Of a stretch of 64,000 nt of DNA, positions 10,571-20,761 are shown in pieces. The first letter of the stretch is position 1, and every line of letters begins with the position of its first letter. Both the position numbers and the translations under genes were made by a program. The notes below the pieces were generated by a model. It did not search any database. It was not told the DNA's origin and worked only from the letters and a program-made list of their open reading frames with translations. The stretch comes from a virus, in the IMG/VR virus record IMGVR_UViG_3300022752_000038, positions 31,042 through 95,041 of that record, one strand, 5' to 3'.

Positions 10571-10971
10571 GAGAAAAGGATAATGTGAAGCCACAATTAT
10601 TATGTACATTTGCACACCGTAAGGATTTAAATATAATCGCTGATTACATTATATCAGCATACACAATTCCAGAACGACGGTTGTTTGTATTTTCCGATGC
10701 AGATGTACATAGTGATTCTTATATTACTTACAATGTCGAAACTGCTGATACTAAACGTATATCAAATACCATACTAATACATCGTAAAAAAGAAACCAAT
10801 ACTATGTATACCGTTAATGCATTGAATATGGTTATACGTGAAATGAATAACGGAGTATTAGATAAGACCTTTGTAATTAATTGGGCTGTATACAGTAATT
10901 CATTGTTATTAACAAACGGTGAATCATTACGGCATATAAAGTTACAATTATACAAAAGAATTGATTTATAA
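10567..10971 (+). CDS. Hypothetical protein
   Basis: 134-aa ORF with QLLCTF and TILIHRKKETNTMYTVNALN motifs. Confidence 0.55.
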   Translation: MREKDNVKPQLLCTFAHRKDLNIIADYIISAYTIPERRLFVFSDADVHSDSYITYNVETADTKRISNTILIHRKKETNTMYTVNALNMVIREMNNGVLDKTFVINWAVYSNSLLLTNGESLRHIKLQLYKRIDL

Positions 10972-10975
10972 TAAT

Positions 10976-10983
10976 ATATTTAT
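10976..10983 (+). promoter_or_regulatory. ATATTTAT motif (class B)
   Basis: Upstream of ATG 10991. Confidence 0.5.
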
Positions 10984-10990
10984 ATAAGAT

Positions 10991-11599
10991 ATGGCATATA
11001 GAATAGTAGCAAAATCACCCAAACATTTAAATGATATCATAGAAGATGTCATGACATGGTTTGAAACTGCACGCGATTATCGCACAGAGTTTACAGAAGA
11101 ACCACGTAAGTTTGTAGATCCAGCTACGAAACAAATTGTCAGTAAAAATATCGAAGTGTTGCATATCACTGATCCAGCTACAGGTAAAAAGACTGTAGTC
11201 AAATTGATTCCTATGCTTAAACCGGATGAACTAAAAATTGAAATGGGCGGCGAGAATGAGCATGTAATGAAAGGTAAACTCAAAAATATGATGAAAGGCC
11301 GCGGGGTATTTAAAACATACAACAAAGATACTCTAGTAAAAAAGGAAAGTGTAATGAAAAAAACAGAACTACAGCAAATCATTCGTGAAGAAGTTCGTAA
11401 AATGTTAACGGAAGGGTTATGGCTAAAAGAGACAGAACAAGATGCTGATTTACGCGCAGCTAAAAAAGATATCTTAACATGGATGCAAACAAATGGTATT
11501 GACAAACAGCAAATGAATCTATTAGATGATTATATTTTAGCAGTTTGTCAGGCATATGCTGTATGGTATCAGGATCAGGCTGATATGGAACGTATGTAA
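10991..11599 (+). CDS. Hypothetical protein with internal leader-like segment (MKKTELQQIIREEVRKMLTE)
   Basis: ORF track; internal in-frame ATG at 11354. Confidence 0.6.
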   Translation: MAYRIVAKSPKHLNDIIEDVMTWFETARDYRTEFTEEPRKFVDPATKQIVSKNIEVLHITDPATGKKTVVKLIPMLKPDELKIEMGGENEHVMKGKLKNMMKGRGVFKTYNKDTLVKKESVMKKTELQQIIREEVRKMLTEGLWLKETEQDADLRAAKKDILTWMQTNGIDKQQMNLLDDYILAVCQAYAVWYQDQADMERM

Positions 11600-11658
11600 T
11601 TTCGTTCCGTGCTAATTAAACAAATAACAATTGACAAATAACTTTTTCAACATTTCTC

Positions 11659-11691
11659 TAGGATTTGTTGATCATTTCTCTTATAATTAAG
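11659..11691 (+). promoter_or_regulatory. Class A bipartite promoter
   Basis: TAGGATT at 11659, TTATAATTAAG at 11681 (offset 22). Confidence 0.75.
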
Positions 11692-11728
11692 TAATTAATA
11701 ACAATTAACAATTTAAAAAGGTAAAATT

Positions 11729-12487
11729 ATGGATTTAGAAGCAATTAAAAGAAAGCTTAACGAGTTACAGTCACAGACTAAGCGCCAGGATGTACTTTGG
11801 AAGCCTGAGCCTGGTAAGCAACAAGTACGAATCGTGCCATATCAGCACAACAAAGACAACCCATTCCAAGAATTGTATTTTCATTATGATATAGGTAAGA
11901 AAAGTTTCTTATCGCCTATAACATATGGACGCCCTGATCCGGTTGTCGAATTTACAGAAAAACTTAAAACATCTGGCAATTCCGATGAATGGAAACTAGG
12001 TAAAAAGCTTGAACCAAAAATGCGTTGCTATGTTCCTATTATCATTCGTGGTAAAGAAAGTGAAGGTGTAAAGTTTTGGGGTTTTGGTAAAACAGTATAT
12101 ACTGAATTGCTGGGATTTATTGCTGATCCGGATTATGGCGACTTGACTGATCCGAGCAATGGACGTGATATTGTAGTCGAATTTACTCCGTCTGAAGGCA
12201 GCCAGTCTTATCCTAAGACTACAATACGTGTTAAACCTAATACATCGCCAATAACAACCGAAAAGGCGATTGCAGAAAAAATTGCAATGCAACAACCAAA
12301 TCTTTCAGAGATTTTTAAAGAACCTAGTTATGATGAATTAAAACAAGCGTTAGAAAATTGGTTGAATCCAACAGATGACGGCACTACTAGTGAAGGCTCA
12401 TCTGCATCAGCATCTAAGCCAATTGCAACCGGAGTTAACTCCGTTGACGATGTCGGCGATGCATTTGATGAATTGTTTGGTAAATAA
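11729..12487 (+). CDS. Single-stranded DNA-binding protein (T4 gp32-like)
   Basis: WKP..GKQ.VRIVPY, GVKFWGFGKTVY, DPDYGDLTDP..GRDI; acidic tail DDVGDAFDELF; next to recA. Confidence 0.8.
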   Translation: MDLEAIKRKLNELQSQTKRQDVLWKPEPGKQQVRIVPYQHNKDNPFQELYFHYDIGKKSFLSPITYGRPDPVVEFTEKLKTSGNSDEWKLGKKLEPKMRCYVPIIIRGKESEGVKFWGFGKTVYTELLGFIADPDYGDLTDPSNGRDIVVEFTPSEGSQSYPKTTIRVKPNTSPITTEKAIAEKIAMQQPNLSEIFKEPSYDELKQALENWLNPTDDGTTSEGSSASASKPIATGVNSVDDVGDAFDELFGK

Positions 12488-12502
12488 TAAAAGGAGTTAT
12501 AA

Positions 12503-13645
12503 ATGGCATCAGTATCAAAGAGCGAACTCTCCGACGAATTAGCGGGTGAGTTAGCAACTAACTTAAATAAAAAGTTTAAAGGCTCCGGATACAAGACGGC
12601 ATATTTTTTGGAGGGGGACGAAGATTCCCCCTCTAATGTGTCGGGCTGGGTAGGTACGGGCTCATCAATGTTAGATTTGGCTATATCGAATAGGCCTTTT
12701 GGAGGTTTTCCAATCGGTCGTATTACTGAAATAACCGGACTAGAAGCATCTGGTAAATCATTATTGGCTACACATGCATTAGCTGATACGCAACGACAAG
12801 GCGGCTTGGGAGTCTATATTGACACGGAAAGTGCTGTAAGTAGCGAGTTTTTAGAAGCTATTGGAGTAGATTTAACTAAAATGTTGTATGTTCCGTTGGA
12901 AACAATGGAAGATATATTTGAAGCAATTGAGTCTATTGTAGAATCAGTACGCAAATCTAACAAGGATCGATTGGTAACAATTGTAGTCGATTCAGTAATG
13001 GGAGCATCTACAAAAATAGAAATGGCTGCTGAATTTGATAAGGATGGTTGGGCTACAAGCAAAGCTATTATCTTATCTAAAGGAATGCGTAAAATTACTA
13101 ACATGATTGCACGTGAAAAGATTTGTTTGATTTTTACCAATCAATTGCGTTCTAGACTAGGTGTTAGTTTTGGAGATCCATGGACAACATCTGGCGGTAA
13201 AGCTATTCCATTCCACGCTAGTGTGCGTTTACGTTTAAAATCTATTGGTCAAATCAAAGCAAAAGATGCAAAAGGTATTGAGCAGATTATTGGTATTAAG
13301 ACTAGAGCGCAAGTGATAAAGAATCGAATGGGCCCACCATTAAAGTCAATTGATTATGATATCTACTTTGAATCGGGTATCGATAATTACGGAGGCTGGT
13401 TGGAAGTAATGAAAGAATATAAATTAGTAACTCAAGCCGGAGCTTGGTATACTTATACTAAGTTAGATGGCAATTCAGTTAAGTTTCTTTCAAAAGATTT
13501 CCAAGGTACATTAGAAAATGATACGTCACTTAAAGATGAAATTTATAAAGCCATATGTGATGCTTATATTTTTAAATACCAAACCGGATCTATTGGAATT
13601 GATGATATTGAAGTAAATGAAGATTTCATTAACGAAGAAGCATGA
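12503..13645 (+). CDS. recA: RecA/UvsX recombinase
   Basis: Walker A GLEASGKS, YIDTE, IVVDSV, IFTNQLR, SGGKAIPFHASVRL, KNRMGPP. Confidence 0.95.
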   Translation: MASVSKSELSDELAGELATNLNKKFKGSGYKTAYFLEGDEDSPSNVSGWVGTGSSMLDLAISNRPFGGFPIGRITEITGLEASGKSLLATHALADTQRQGGLGVYIDTESAVSSEFLEAIGVDLTKMLYVPLETMEDIFEAIESIVESVRKSNKDRLVTIVVDSVMGASTKIEMAAEFDKDGWATSKAIILSKGMRKITNMIAREKICLIFTNQLRSRLGVSFGDPWTTSGGKAIPFHASVRLRLKSIGQIKAKDAKGIEQIIGIKTRAQVIKNRMGPPLKSIDYDIYFESGIDNYGGWLEVMKEYKLVTQAGAWYTYTKLDGNSVKFLSKDFQGTLENDTSLKDEIYKAICDAYIFKYQTGSIGIDDIEVNEDFINEEA

Positions 13646-14688
13646 AAAACAGATATTTAGAATTATTTAAACAAGTTACGGAAGAACATGCTGAAAGTCA
13701 GGGACGTAGTAAAGATAGTCATATATTAGTTATTGACGGTCTTAATACTTTTATTAGAGTATTCTCTGCGGTACCTGCATTAAATGATGATGGAGATCAT
13801 ATCGGAGGAGTGACAGGCTTTTTACGGTCTGTTGCCTCCGTTATCCGTCAACTAAAGCCTACCCGTTGTGTTATTGTATTTGATGGTAAGGGTGGCTCTA
13901 AACGTCGCAAAGACATATATTCTAATTACAAAGCTAACAGAGCAGTAAAAACTCAATTTAATAGATATCAGGAGTTTGCTACATTAGAAGATGAATCTGC
14001 TAGTATGAAACGTCAATTTGGTCGTGTTGTAGAATATCTTAATTGTCTACCAATTACAACTATCGCAATCGATAATGTTGAAGCTGATGATGTGATTGCA
14101 TATATTGCTAACGAAATGTATACAGATCCTGAACATAAAGTTACGATTGTATCTACCGATCGCGACTTTTTGCAACTAGTAAATCATCGAATCAATGTAT
14201 GGAGTCCTATTAAAAAGATTCTATATACGCCCGAAGTGTTACAAGAAGAAATAGGATTACCTGTTGAAAATTATTTGTTATATCGGGCTATAACCGGCGA
14301 TAAATCAGATAATATTCCTGGCCTCAAAGGCATAGGATTGAAAACTTTAATTAAACATTTTCCTATATTACAGGAATCTAGGCAGTTAGAAATTGACGAA
14401 CTTGTTACATATTCAAACAACCTAACTAAAAAGCATAATGTTCATGAATCGATAATTGTTAATGAACAACAATTACGATTAAACATGGATTTAATGCAAT
14501 TAAAAGAAATTGACATTTCCGGTAATGCAAAATTATTAACGGTTAATCTAGTCCGTGACGGCGTCAATAAAACAAACGTATATGAATTTAAGAAAATGTT
14601 CATGGCAGATAAAATGTATACAACTATAAAAGATGTTGATACATGGTTAGTAACATTTAATTCACTAAATGCTTACGCTGCTATTTGA
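13642..14688 (+). CDS. 5'-3' exonuclease / flap endonuclease (T4 RNase H-like)
   Basis: IDGLN, FDGKGG, YKANR, EADDVI, STDRDF.QL, GDKSDNIPG.KGIG. Confidence 0.93.
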   Translation: MKNRYLELFKQVTEEHAESQGRSKDSHILVIDGLNTFIRVFSAVPALNDDGDHIGGVTGFLRSVASVIRQLKPTRCVIVFDGKGGSKRRKDIYSNYKANRAVKTQFNRYQEFATLEDESASMKRQFGRVVEYLNCLPITTIAIDNVEADDVIAYIANEMYTDPEHKVTIVSTDRDFLQLVNHRINVWSPIKKILYTPEVLQEEIGLPVENYLLYRAITGDKSDNIPGLKGIGLKTLIKHFPILQESRQLEIDELVTYSNNLTKKHNVHESIIVNEQQLRLNMDLMQLKEIDISGNAKLLTVNLVRDGVNKTNVYEFKKMFMADKMYTTIKDVDTWLVTFNSLNAYAAI

Positions 14689-14716
14689 TTTTTACAAATT
14701 TATTCTTATAATTAAG
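14684..14716 (+). promoter_or_regulatory. Class A bipartite promoter
   Basis: TTTGATT at 14684, TTATAATTAAG at 14706; ATG at 14718. Confidence 0.7.
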
Positions 14717-14717
14717 T

Positions 14718-16073
14718 ATGACAGATCGCTTAAGTAGTTATGGATATAGTTTCCAAATAAAAGTTATTACATCGTTATTAACTGACAAAGGATTTTTGCA
14801 GCAAATATCAGATATATTAATTCCTGAGTATTTTGAAAGTGATGCTAATGAATGGATAGTACAAACCATTTTAGATTATCACAAGGAGTATAAAACAACG
14901 GCTACATTAGAAGTAATGAAAGTTAAACTTCAAAACGTAGACAACGATGTATTAACTACACAAATCAAAGAACATCTTAAAGACGCATGGAAATATTCAG
15001 AGTCAGATGATTTAACATTCATTAAACAACAAGCTTTAGATTTTTGTAAAAATCAAGAAATTAAAAAAGCTATTCTATCATCTGTTGAATTACTTAAAAT
15101 TGGACGATACGATGACATTAAAGTTGCAATTGATAAAGCTTTAAAGTCCGGCGGAGATAAAGAGATTGGCCATGACTATATGTCTAGTATCGATGAACGA
15201 TATACTGAGTCTGTACGTTTTACAAAGGAAACGCCGTGGGAAATAATTAATGAATTGACCTCCGGTGGTTTAGGTAAAGGCGAGTTAGGAGTATTTGTAG
15301 CTCCTGCTGGAATTGGTAAATCTTGGGGTCTTATTAATATTGGAGCTCATGCGGTTAGAAAAGGTATGAGCGTAATTCATTATACTTTAGAATTAAATGA
15401 GGCATATGTTGGTTTGCGATATGACTCTGTTGTAACGGGTATAGCTAATCAAAATCTTAAACATTACCAAGATCAAGTTAAATCTGAATTGTCACGATTA
15501 CCTGGAAAGCTTGTCATAAAATATTATCCAACAAAGACATGTTCAGTAATGGGATTGCGTGCACATATTGAAAAATGTATCATGCAAGGTATGAAACCTG
15601 ATGTTATTATAGTAGACTATGCCGACTTGTTAAGAGGACATGGAACAGAAAAACGGCATGAATTGGAAGGCATTTATGAAGACCTGCGAGGATTAGCAGG
15701 CGAATATGAAGTTCCGGTCTGGACGGCATCGCAGGCAAATCGATCGGCATTAGAAGAAGATGTCATTGGAGCTGAAAAGATTGCCGAATCATATGGTAAG
15801 GTAATGGTAGCCGACTTTGTAATATCATTATCAAGAAAGGTACAGGATAAATTAGCGGGTACAGGTAGATGGCACGTAATTAAGAATCGATTCGGTCCTG
15901 ATGGAATTACGTTACCTAGTAAAATGAATACCAGTAACGGTCAAATCAATATCTATGCAGATACGTCTATACAAGGTAAGGATGCTAAAAAGCAAATGGA
16001 AAATGGAAATGAATTAGCTAGACGTATGCTGTCGCAAAAATATTCTGAAATCAATACGTCCGGCTTTGAATAA
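14718..16073 (+). CDS. dnaB: DnaB-family replicative helicase (gp41-like)
   Basis: Walker A APAGIGKS, YTLEL, IVDYADL, WTASQANR, KNRFG. Confidence 0.92.
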   Translation: MTDRLSSYGYSFQIKVITSLLTDKGFLQQISDILIPEYFESDANEWIVQTILDYHKEYKTTATLEVMKVKLQNVDNDVLTTQIKEHLKDAWKYSESDDLTFIKQQALDFCKNQEIKKAILSSVELLKIGRYDDIKVAIDKALKSGGDKEIGHDYMSSIDERYTESVRFTKETPWEIINELTSGGLGKGELGVFVAPAGIGKSWGLINIGAHAVRKGMSVIHYTLELNEAYVGLRYDSVVTGIANQNLKHYQDQVKSELSRLPGKLVIKYYPTKTCSVMGLRAHIEKCIMQGMKPDVIIVDYADLLRGHGTEKRHELEGIYEDLRGLAGEYEVPVWTASQANRSALEEDVIGAEKIAESYGKVMVADFVISLSRKVQDKLAGTGRWHVIKNRFGPDGITLPSKMNTSNGQINIYADTSIQGKDAKKQMENGNELARRMLSQKYSEINTSGFE

Positions 16074-16122
16074 AAAATAATTATTTTTGTTCTAAAAGCT
16101 ACATTGACTAGCCAACAGCAGT

Positions 16123-16130
16123 ATATTTAT
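16123..16130 (+). promoter_or_regulatory. ATATTTAT motif (class B)
   Basis: Intergenic, upstream of the RNR ATG at 16176. Confidence 0.4.
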
Positions 16131-16175
16131 GCATAAAAATACTAAAAATAAATTACATTATTAAAAGGATTACTA

Positions 16176-18038
16176 ATGAACGTATCAAACGAGATTCTAA
16201 GTTCGATTACTATCTATATGAAGTACGCGAAATACTTACCAGAACTACAACGTAGGGAAACATGGGAAGAACTAGTTACAAGAAATAAGGAAATGCATAA
16301 GCGTAAGTATCCTAAATTAGCACAGGAAATTGAATCTGTTTATGAAATGGTATACGATAAAAAAGTATTGCCATCGATGCGTAGTTTGCAATTCGGTGGT
16401 AAGCCGATTGAAATTTCTCCTAATCGTATTTACAATTGTGCCTATTTGCCGATCGATGATTGGCGCGCATTTGGCGAAGTAATGTTTTTATTGTTGGGTG
16501 GTACTGGAGTTGGTTATAGTGTACAACGACATCATGTAGATCAATTACCAGAAATTCATAAACCAAAAGCAGATCGTGAACGTAGATATTTGATTGCAGA
16601 TAGTATTGAAGGATGGGCAGATGCAGTTAAACTTCTAATTAAAAACTATTTTATCGGAGGATCAAAGATCAAATTTGATTTTTCAGATATTCGGCCAAAA
16701 GGCGCTCGTCTAGTAACGTCGGGTGGAAAGGCACCTGGACCGCAACCGCTAAAAGAATGTTTGATTAAAGTTCAAGGTATATTAGATGGCAAACAAGATG
16801 GCGATAAACTTTCGCCTATCGAAGTCCATGATATTGTATGTCATATTGCTGATGCGGTATTGGCCGGCGGTATTCGTCGTGCTGCACTAATCTCATTGTT
16901 TTCGGCAGACGATGATGAAATGATTGCCTGTAAATCAGGAGCTTGGTGGGAATTGAATCCGCAGCGTGGCCGTGCAAATAACTCGGCAGTATTGATGCGC
17001 CATAAACTTACTAAAGAATATTTTACAGATTTATGGAAACGAGTAGAAGCATCAGGAGCTGGCGAACCTGGTATTTATCTTAGCAATGATAAAGATTGGG
17101 GTACTAATCCATGTTGTGAAATTGCACTTCGTCCGTTTCAATTCTGCAACTTGTGTGAAGTTAATGTTAGTGATATTGTATCTCAAGAAGACTATAATGC
17201 ACGAGTTAAGGCAGCTGCATTTATTGGAACGTTGCAAGCCGGATATACCGACTTTCATTATCTTCGTCCAATCTGGAAACGTACAACAGAAAAAGATGCA
17301 TTGATCGGCGTATCTATGACAGGCATCGGATCGGGCGTTGTATTAGGATATGACATGAAACAGGCAGCTCGTATTGTTAAAGAAGAAAATTTACGTGTTG
17401 CAGAACTTATCAGTATTAACAAATCAGCACGTACAACAACCGTAAAGCCAGCTGGTACTACTTCGTTAACTTTAGGAACTAGTTCTGGTATTCATGCATG
17501 GCATAATGACTATTATATCAGACGTATTAGAGTAGGTAAAAATGAAGCCATTTACAGTTATTTGGCAATTTATCATCCTGAATTAATTGAGGATGAATAT
17601 TTCCGTCCACATGATACTGCAGTAATTAGTATACCACAAAAAGCACCGGATGGAGCAATTTTACGAAGTGAATCCCCAATTCAATTATTAGAACGTATTA
17701 AGCGAGTTCATATGGAATGGGTTAAGCCAGGACATCGTACGGGTAGTAATACTCATAATGTATCAGCAACCGTTTCATTACGTGACCACGAATGGGATGC
17801 TGTAGGTCAATGGATGTGGGAAAATCGCGATCATTATAATGGATTGTCAGTATTGCCCTTTGATGGTGGTAGTTATATTCAAGCGCCATTTGAAGATTGT
17901 ACAGAGGAACGTTTCAATGAAATGATGCAGTCGCTCAAAAATATTGATTTATCTCGTATTGTAGAATTGGATGATGCTACTAATTTGCGCGGGGAGGCAG
18001 CGTGTGCCGGCGGAGCATGTGAAATTGTGACCGCGTAA
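16176..18038 (+). CDS. nrdJ: Class II (adenosylcobalamin) ribonucleotide reductase, monomeric type
   Basis: RETWEE, YNCAY, GG.RR.A.I, TNPCCEI, FCNLCE, TVKPAGT, C-terminal CAGGAC; no small subunit gene nearby. Confidence 0.92.
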   Translation: MNVSNEILSSITIYMKYAKYLPELQRRETWEELVTRNKEMHKRKYPKLAQEIESVYEMVYDKKVLPSMRSLQFGGKPIEISPNRIYNCAYLPIDDWRAFGEVMFLLLGGTGVGYSVQRHHVDQLPEIHKPKADRERRYLIADSIEGWADAVKLLIKNYFIGGSKIKFDFSDIRPKGARLVTSGGKAPGPQPLKECLIKVQGILDGKQDGDKLSPIEVHDIVCHIADAVLAGGIRRAALISLFSADDDEMIACKSGAWWELNPQRGRANNSAVLMRHKLTKEYFTDLWKRVEASGAGEPGIYLSNDKDWGTNPCCEIALRPFQFCNLCEVNVSDIVSQEDYNARVKAAAFIGTLQAGYTDFHYLRPIWKRTTEKDALIGVSMTGIGSGVVLGYDMKQAARIVKEENLRVAELISINKSARTTTVKPAGTTSLTLGTSSGIHAWHNDYYIRRIRVGKNEAIYSYLAIYHPELIEDEYFRPHDTAVISIPQKAPDGAILRSESPIQLLERIKRVHMEWVKPGHRTGSNTHNVSATVSLRDHEWDAVGQWMWENRDHYNGLSVLPFDGGSYIQAPFEDCTEERFNEMMQSLKNIDLSRIVELDDATNLRGEAACAGGACEIVTA

Positions 18039-18046
18039 ATATTTAT
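18039..18046 (+). promoter_or_regulatory. ATATTTAT motif (class B)
   Basis: Upstream of ATG 18065. Confidence 0.55.
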
Positions 18047-18064
18047 TTAAAAAATAGGAACAAC

Positions 18065-18955
18065 ATGCACATAAAACTCAAATCATTAATTGAAGGCATA
18101 GTACGTGAAGATGCAACTGATGATGCATTAACGGATTTAACTAAAAAATTCGATGCTGGTAGTATTGAAGATTACGTAGCTGCATTACAAAAATATTCAG
18201 CTGATCCAAAAGTTGCTGCCGTAATTAAAGCAGGACAAACAGACGGCGACCCGGCTGATGAAAAACTTAACGTTGGTGGTGGATCTATTGCAGTAAAAGA
18301 ACTTAAGCCAACACAAAATGAAATCGGGGCACAGGAAAGCTTAAAAAATATTTTAACGGATGAATATGGCTCGTTAGATGGATTTCTAAAAGGAAATGCT
18401 AGTTTTCCAGACCCTATAATCACATATAACGGACAGTTTGTTATCGATGGCCATCATCGTTGGTCACAAGTATATGCAGCTAATCCAGATGCTAAAGTGC
18501 CAGTACTTGACATTAAAGGTAATTTAGAACCGGAACAAATACTTAAAGCTGTGCATGCAGCAATTGTAACTATAGCAGGGAAGAGTGATACAAAGGATGC
18601 TAATTTAAAGGCTGGTAATTTATTAGCGTTTAGTGAGCAAAATGTACGTGATATGGTTTCAAAGTTTCTAACTGATAACGCACGAGAGGTATGGGCTGCA
18701 AACGGTTATGATTCAGATGAACAGATTGCAGATCATATTGTAGCAAACGTAAATACAATGTTAGCAAATTCTAAACCAGAAAATTGGGCGCCTGCTAGAT
18801 CTTCAATGCCTCAACCGAATGATTCAGGTGCACCGAATTTTGCCGATGCTTTAAAGTCTGGTGCTGCAAATTTCTTAGCTCCGTCAGCTGGTGATGTTAA
18901 GACTGAATCGATTAGCAAAGACCGTTGGGCAAAACTTGCAAATATTAAAAAATAA
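18065..18955 (+). CDS. ParB/Srx-fold protein with leader peptide
   Basis: LKPTQ...PII...VIDGHHRW; N-terminus MHIKLKSLIEGIVRE. Confidence 0.7.
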   Translation: MHIKLKSLIEGIVREDATDDALTDLTKKFDAGSIEDYVAALQKYSADPKVAAVIKAGQTDGDPADEKLNVGGGSIAVKELKPTQNEIGAQESLKNILTDEYGSLDGFLKGNASFPDPIITYNGQFVIDGHHRWSQVYAANPDAKVPVLDIKGNLEPEQILKAVHAAIVTIAGKSDTKDANLKAGNLLAFSEQNVRDMVSKFLTDNAREVWAANGYDSDEQIADHIVANVNTMLANSKPENWAPARSSMPQPNDSGAPNFADALKSGAANFLAPSAGDVKTESISKDRWAKLANIKK

Positions 18956-19128
18956 TGCGTAGTGATGATTGGATTTCTAAACTAGCTTTAGAAGAACAAT
19001 ATAAAGATTATTATATAGATGAGAATGGGCGGCGAGTATTTACCGCCCACTTTCATCTTAAACGTGGATATTGTTGCGGTAATGGATGTCGACATTGTCC
19101 ATATGAACACGAAAATGTAAAGCGTTAA
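18955..19128 (+). CDS. Small Cys-rich protein (DUF5522-like)
   Basis: Hand-translated 57 aa containing RGYCCGNGCRHCPY; TAATG overlap with the upstream gene. Confidence 0.8.
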   Translation: MRSDDWISKLALEEQYKDYYIDENGRRVFTAHFHLKRGYCCGNGCRHCPYEHENVKR

Positions 19129-19129
19129 A

Positions 19130-19774
19130 ATGCCAGCATTAAATGCTAATCTGCCATACATAGAATGTTTTGTTAGAGAAAAGTATATTAAACCTGACGG
19201 TACTGGAATTATGCCAGGTTATATTTTCGGCGTTAAAGCGATGATTAATCGTCCGATGCATTTTCATTTCCTTTCTAATATTGGAGCTATCTTTTGGCAG
19301 TTACCTATAAGTGCATTTTGTCATAAAGAAGATTACGATACATTGTCAGATATCGAACAAACTCGTTTACAATTGTTACAGACATGGGATTGTCAGTCTA
19401 ATAGTATTGCTGTAACTACATTTTCTTTTTTACAAAATAAACGAGTTGATGTACATTGTCGTGATAACCGTTGGCGTACCGGTAGATATATTTGTACTAT
19501 AGATGATTATGATGGCGATCCTAACGAACTCAATGTCGGTTATGCCAATGACCAGGATAGCAAATGTTATCAGTTTATACAATTAGATGACGGTAATTAT
19601 TGCGTACAACCAAACAATTTGTTACGTTGGCACAACGCTGATTACATTGTTCCATATGATATTAACAATGTTCCTAAACTTAAACTCAATAAAGATCGTA
19701 TGTACAGTGAAGATATTGATCGTACATATGGAAACTCAGCATATTATTTTTATCAACAAAAAGATCAAAAATAA
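19130..19774 (+). CDS. Hypothetical phage protein
   Basis: 214 aa; LNANLP, QTWDC, QPNN motifs. Confidence 0.6.
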   Translation: MPALNANLPYIECFVREKYIKPDGTGIMPGYIFGVKAMINRPMHFHFLSNIGAIFWQLPISAFCHKEDYDTLSDIEQTRLQLLQTWDCQSNSIAVTTFSFLQNKRVDVHCRDNRWRTGRYICTIDDYDGDPNELNVGYANDQDSKCYQFIQLDDGNYCVQPNNLLRWHNADYIVPYDINNVPKLKLNKDRMYSEDIDRTYGNSAYYFYQQKDQK

Positions 19775-19775
19775 T

Positions 19776-19808
19776 TTGGATTCGTTGAAAGAAGTACTTA
19801 TATTAAAG
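19776..19808 (+). promoter_or_regulatory. Class A bipartite promoter
   Basis: TTGGATT at 19776, TTATATTAAAG at 19798. Confidence 0.75.
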
Positions 19809-19823
19809 TAATAATAAAAATAT

Positions 19824-19952
19824 ATGAGTAAGACCAAAGAGTTATTTATGCAGATCCGAGAACAAGAATTCTACGGATGGGACGCTATCGATGAAAGCTA
19901 TTTTTACGAACAGTACAAAAAAAGTTTAGAAAATTTGAGCGTTTGCAAATAA
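19824..19952 (+). CDS. Small hypothetical protein (42 aa)
   Basis: Hand-translated MSKTKELFMQIREQEFYGWDAIDESYFYEQYKKSLENLSVCK, directly downstream of a class A promoter. Confidence 0.55.
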   Translation: MSKTKELFMQIREQEFYGWDAIDESYFYEQYKKSLENLSVCK

Positions 19953-19958
19953 GTTTAT

Positions 19959-19966
19959 ATATTTAT
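19959..19966 (+). promoter_or_regulatory. ATATTTAT motif (class B)
   Basis: Upstream of ATG 19987. Confidence 0.45.
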
Positions 19967-19986
19967 CTATACAAAAATTAATAATT

Positions 19987-20283
19987 ATGTTTAAATTTAA
20001 AGACGTTGAAGTAACATTTGACTTTAAGACATTGCCGCAGTGTGATCAGGAATACCTCCGTACTATGGCATATGAAACGGTACAAAACAGATCTGTTAAG
20101 CATACCGGCTGGACATTTAATGATATGTATTCTGATGCCAGCAATTATACAATGTTTAACGACAAAGATTCTATGTGTACTTACATGGACGAATTTAGTG
20201 ACAATTATGATCATACAGCATCACATTTGTTGCACGGTAAGAAATACTATTTTGCTTGGACATATTCAACAAAGAACAGATAA
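19987..20283 (+). CDS. Hypothetical protein
   Basis: 98-aa ORF whose stop overlaps the queD start. Confidence 0.55.
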   Translation: MFKFKDVEVTFDFKTLPQCDQEYLRTMAYETVQNRSVKHTGWTFNDMYSDASNYTMFNDKDSMCTYMDEFSDNYDHTASHLLHGKKYYFAWTYSTKNR

Positions 20284-20759
20284 TGGCTAGATATATTTCG
20301 ACAAAACTATTCGATAACTATTCGGTAGCAATACGCCAATGGAAAGCTCAGCATTCGCATTGCCAGTTGTTACATGGATATGCTTTGAAATTTAAAGTAT
20401 GGTTTGCTAGTAATGAACCGGACATTGACAATCAATTAGATGATATGAATTGGATTGTAGACTATGGCGGCTTTAAGACACCGCCTCAAGGTAACGGATT
20501 AAAAGATTGGATGGACCATATGTGGGACCATACAACTTTAATTCAAAAGGATGATCCATATGCAGACATCTTTGAACAATTGGGTCAGATGGGTCTGGCT
20601 AAGGTACACTTCCTAGAAAAGATGGGTGCTGAAAGTTGTGCTCGTTTAGTATACGAACATTTTAATAAAGTGTTATCTAATACCGATGCGGGTCGTTGCA
20701 AATGTATTAAAGTAGAGTGTTTTGAAAATGATAAAAATAGTAGTATATACGAAGAATAA
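20283..20759 (+). CDS. queD: 6-carboxy-5,6,7,8-tetrahydropterin synthase
   Basis: HCQLLHGY, WIVDYG, WDHTTL, GAE, C-terminal FEND..S.IY; T-fold pattern. Confidence 0.88.
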   Translation: MARYISTKLFDNYSVAIRQWKAQHSHCQLLHGYALKFKVWFASNEPDIDNQLDDMNWIVDYGGFKTPPQGNGLKDWMDHMWDHTTLIQKDDPYADIFEQLGQMGLAKVHFLEKMGAESCARLVYEHFNKVLSNTDAGRCKCIKVECFENDKNSSIYEE

Positions 20760-20761
20760 TT

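Noticed and set aside
12611-12634. Hairpin GAGGGGGA...TCCCCCTC
   Set aside because: Inside recA coding sequence with no U tract; cannot be supported as a terminator
16073-16135. AT palindrome AAAAATAATTATTTTT, NrdR box or cobalamin riboswitch upstream of nrdJ
   Set aside because: AT-only palindrome is expected by chance, the NrdR match is poor, and the 100-nt gap is too short and AT-rich for a B12 riboswitch
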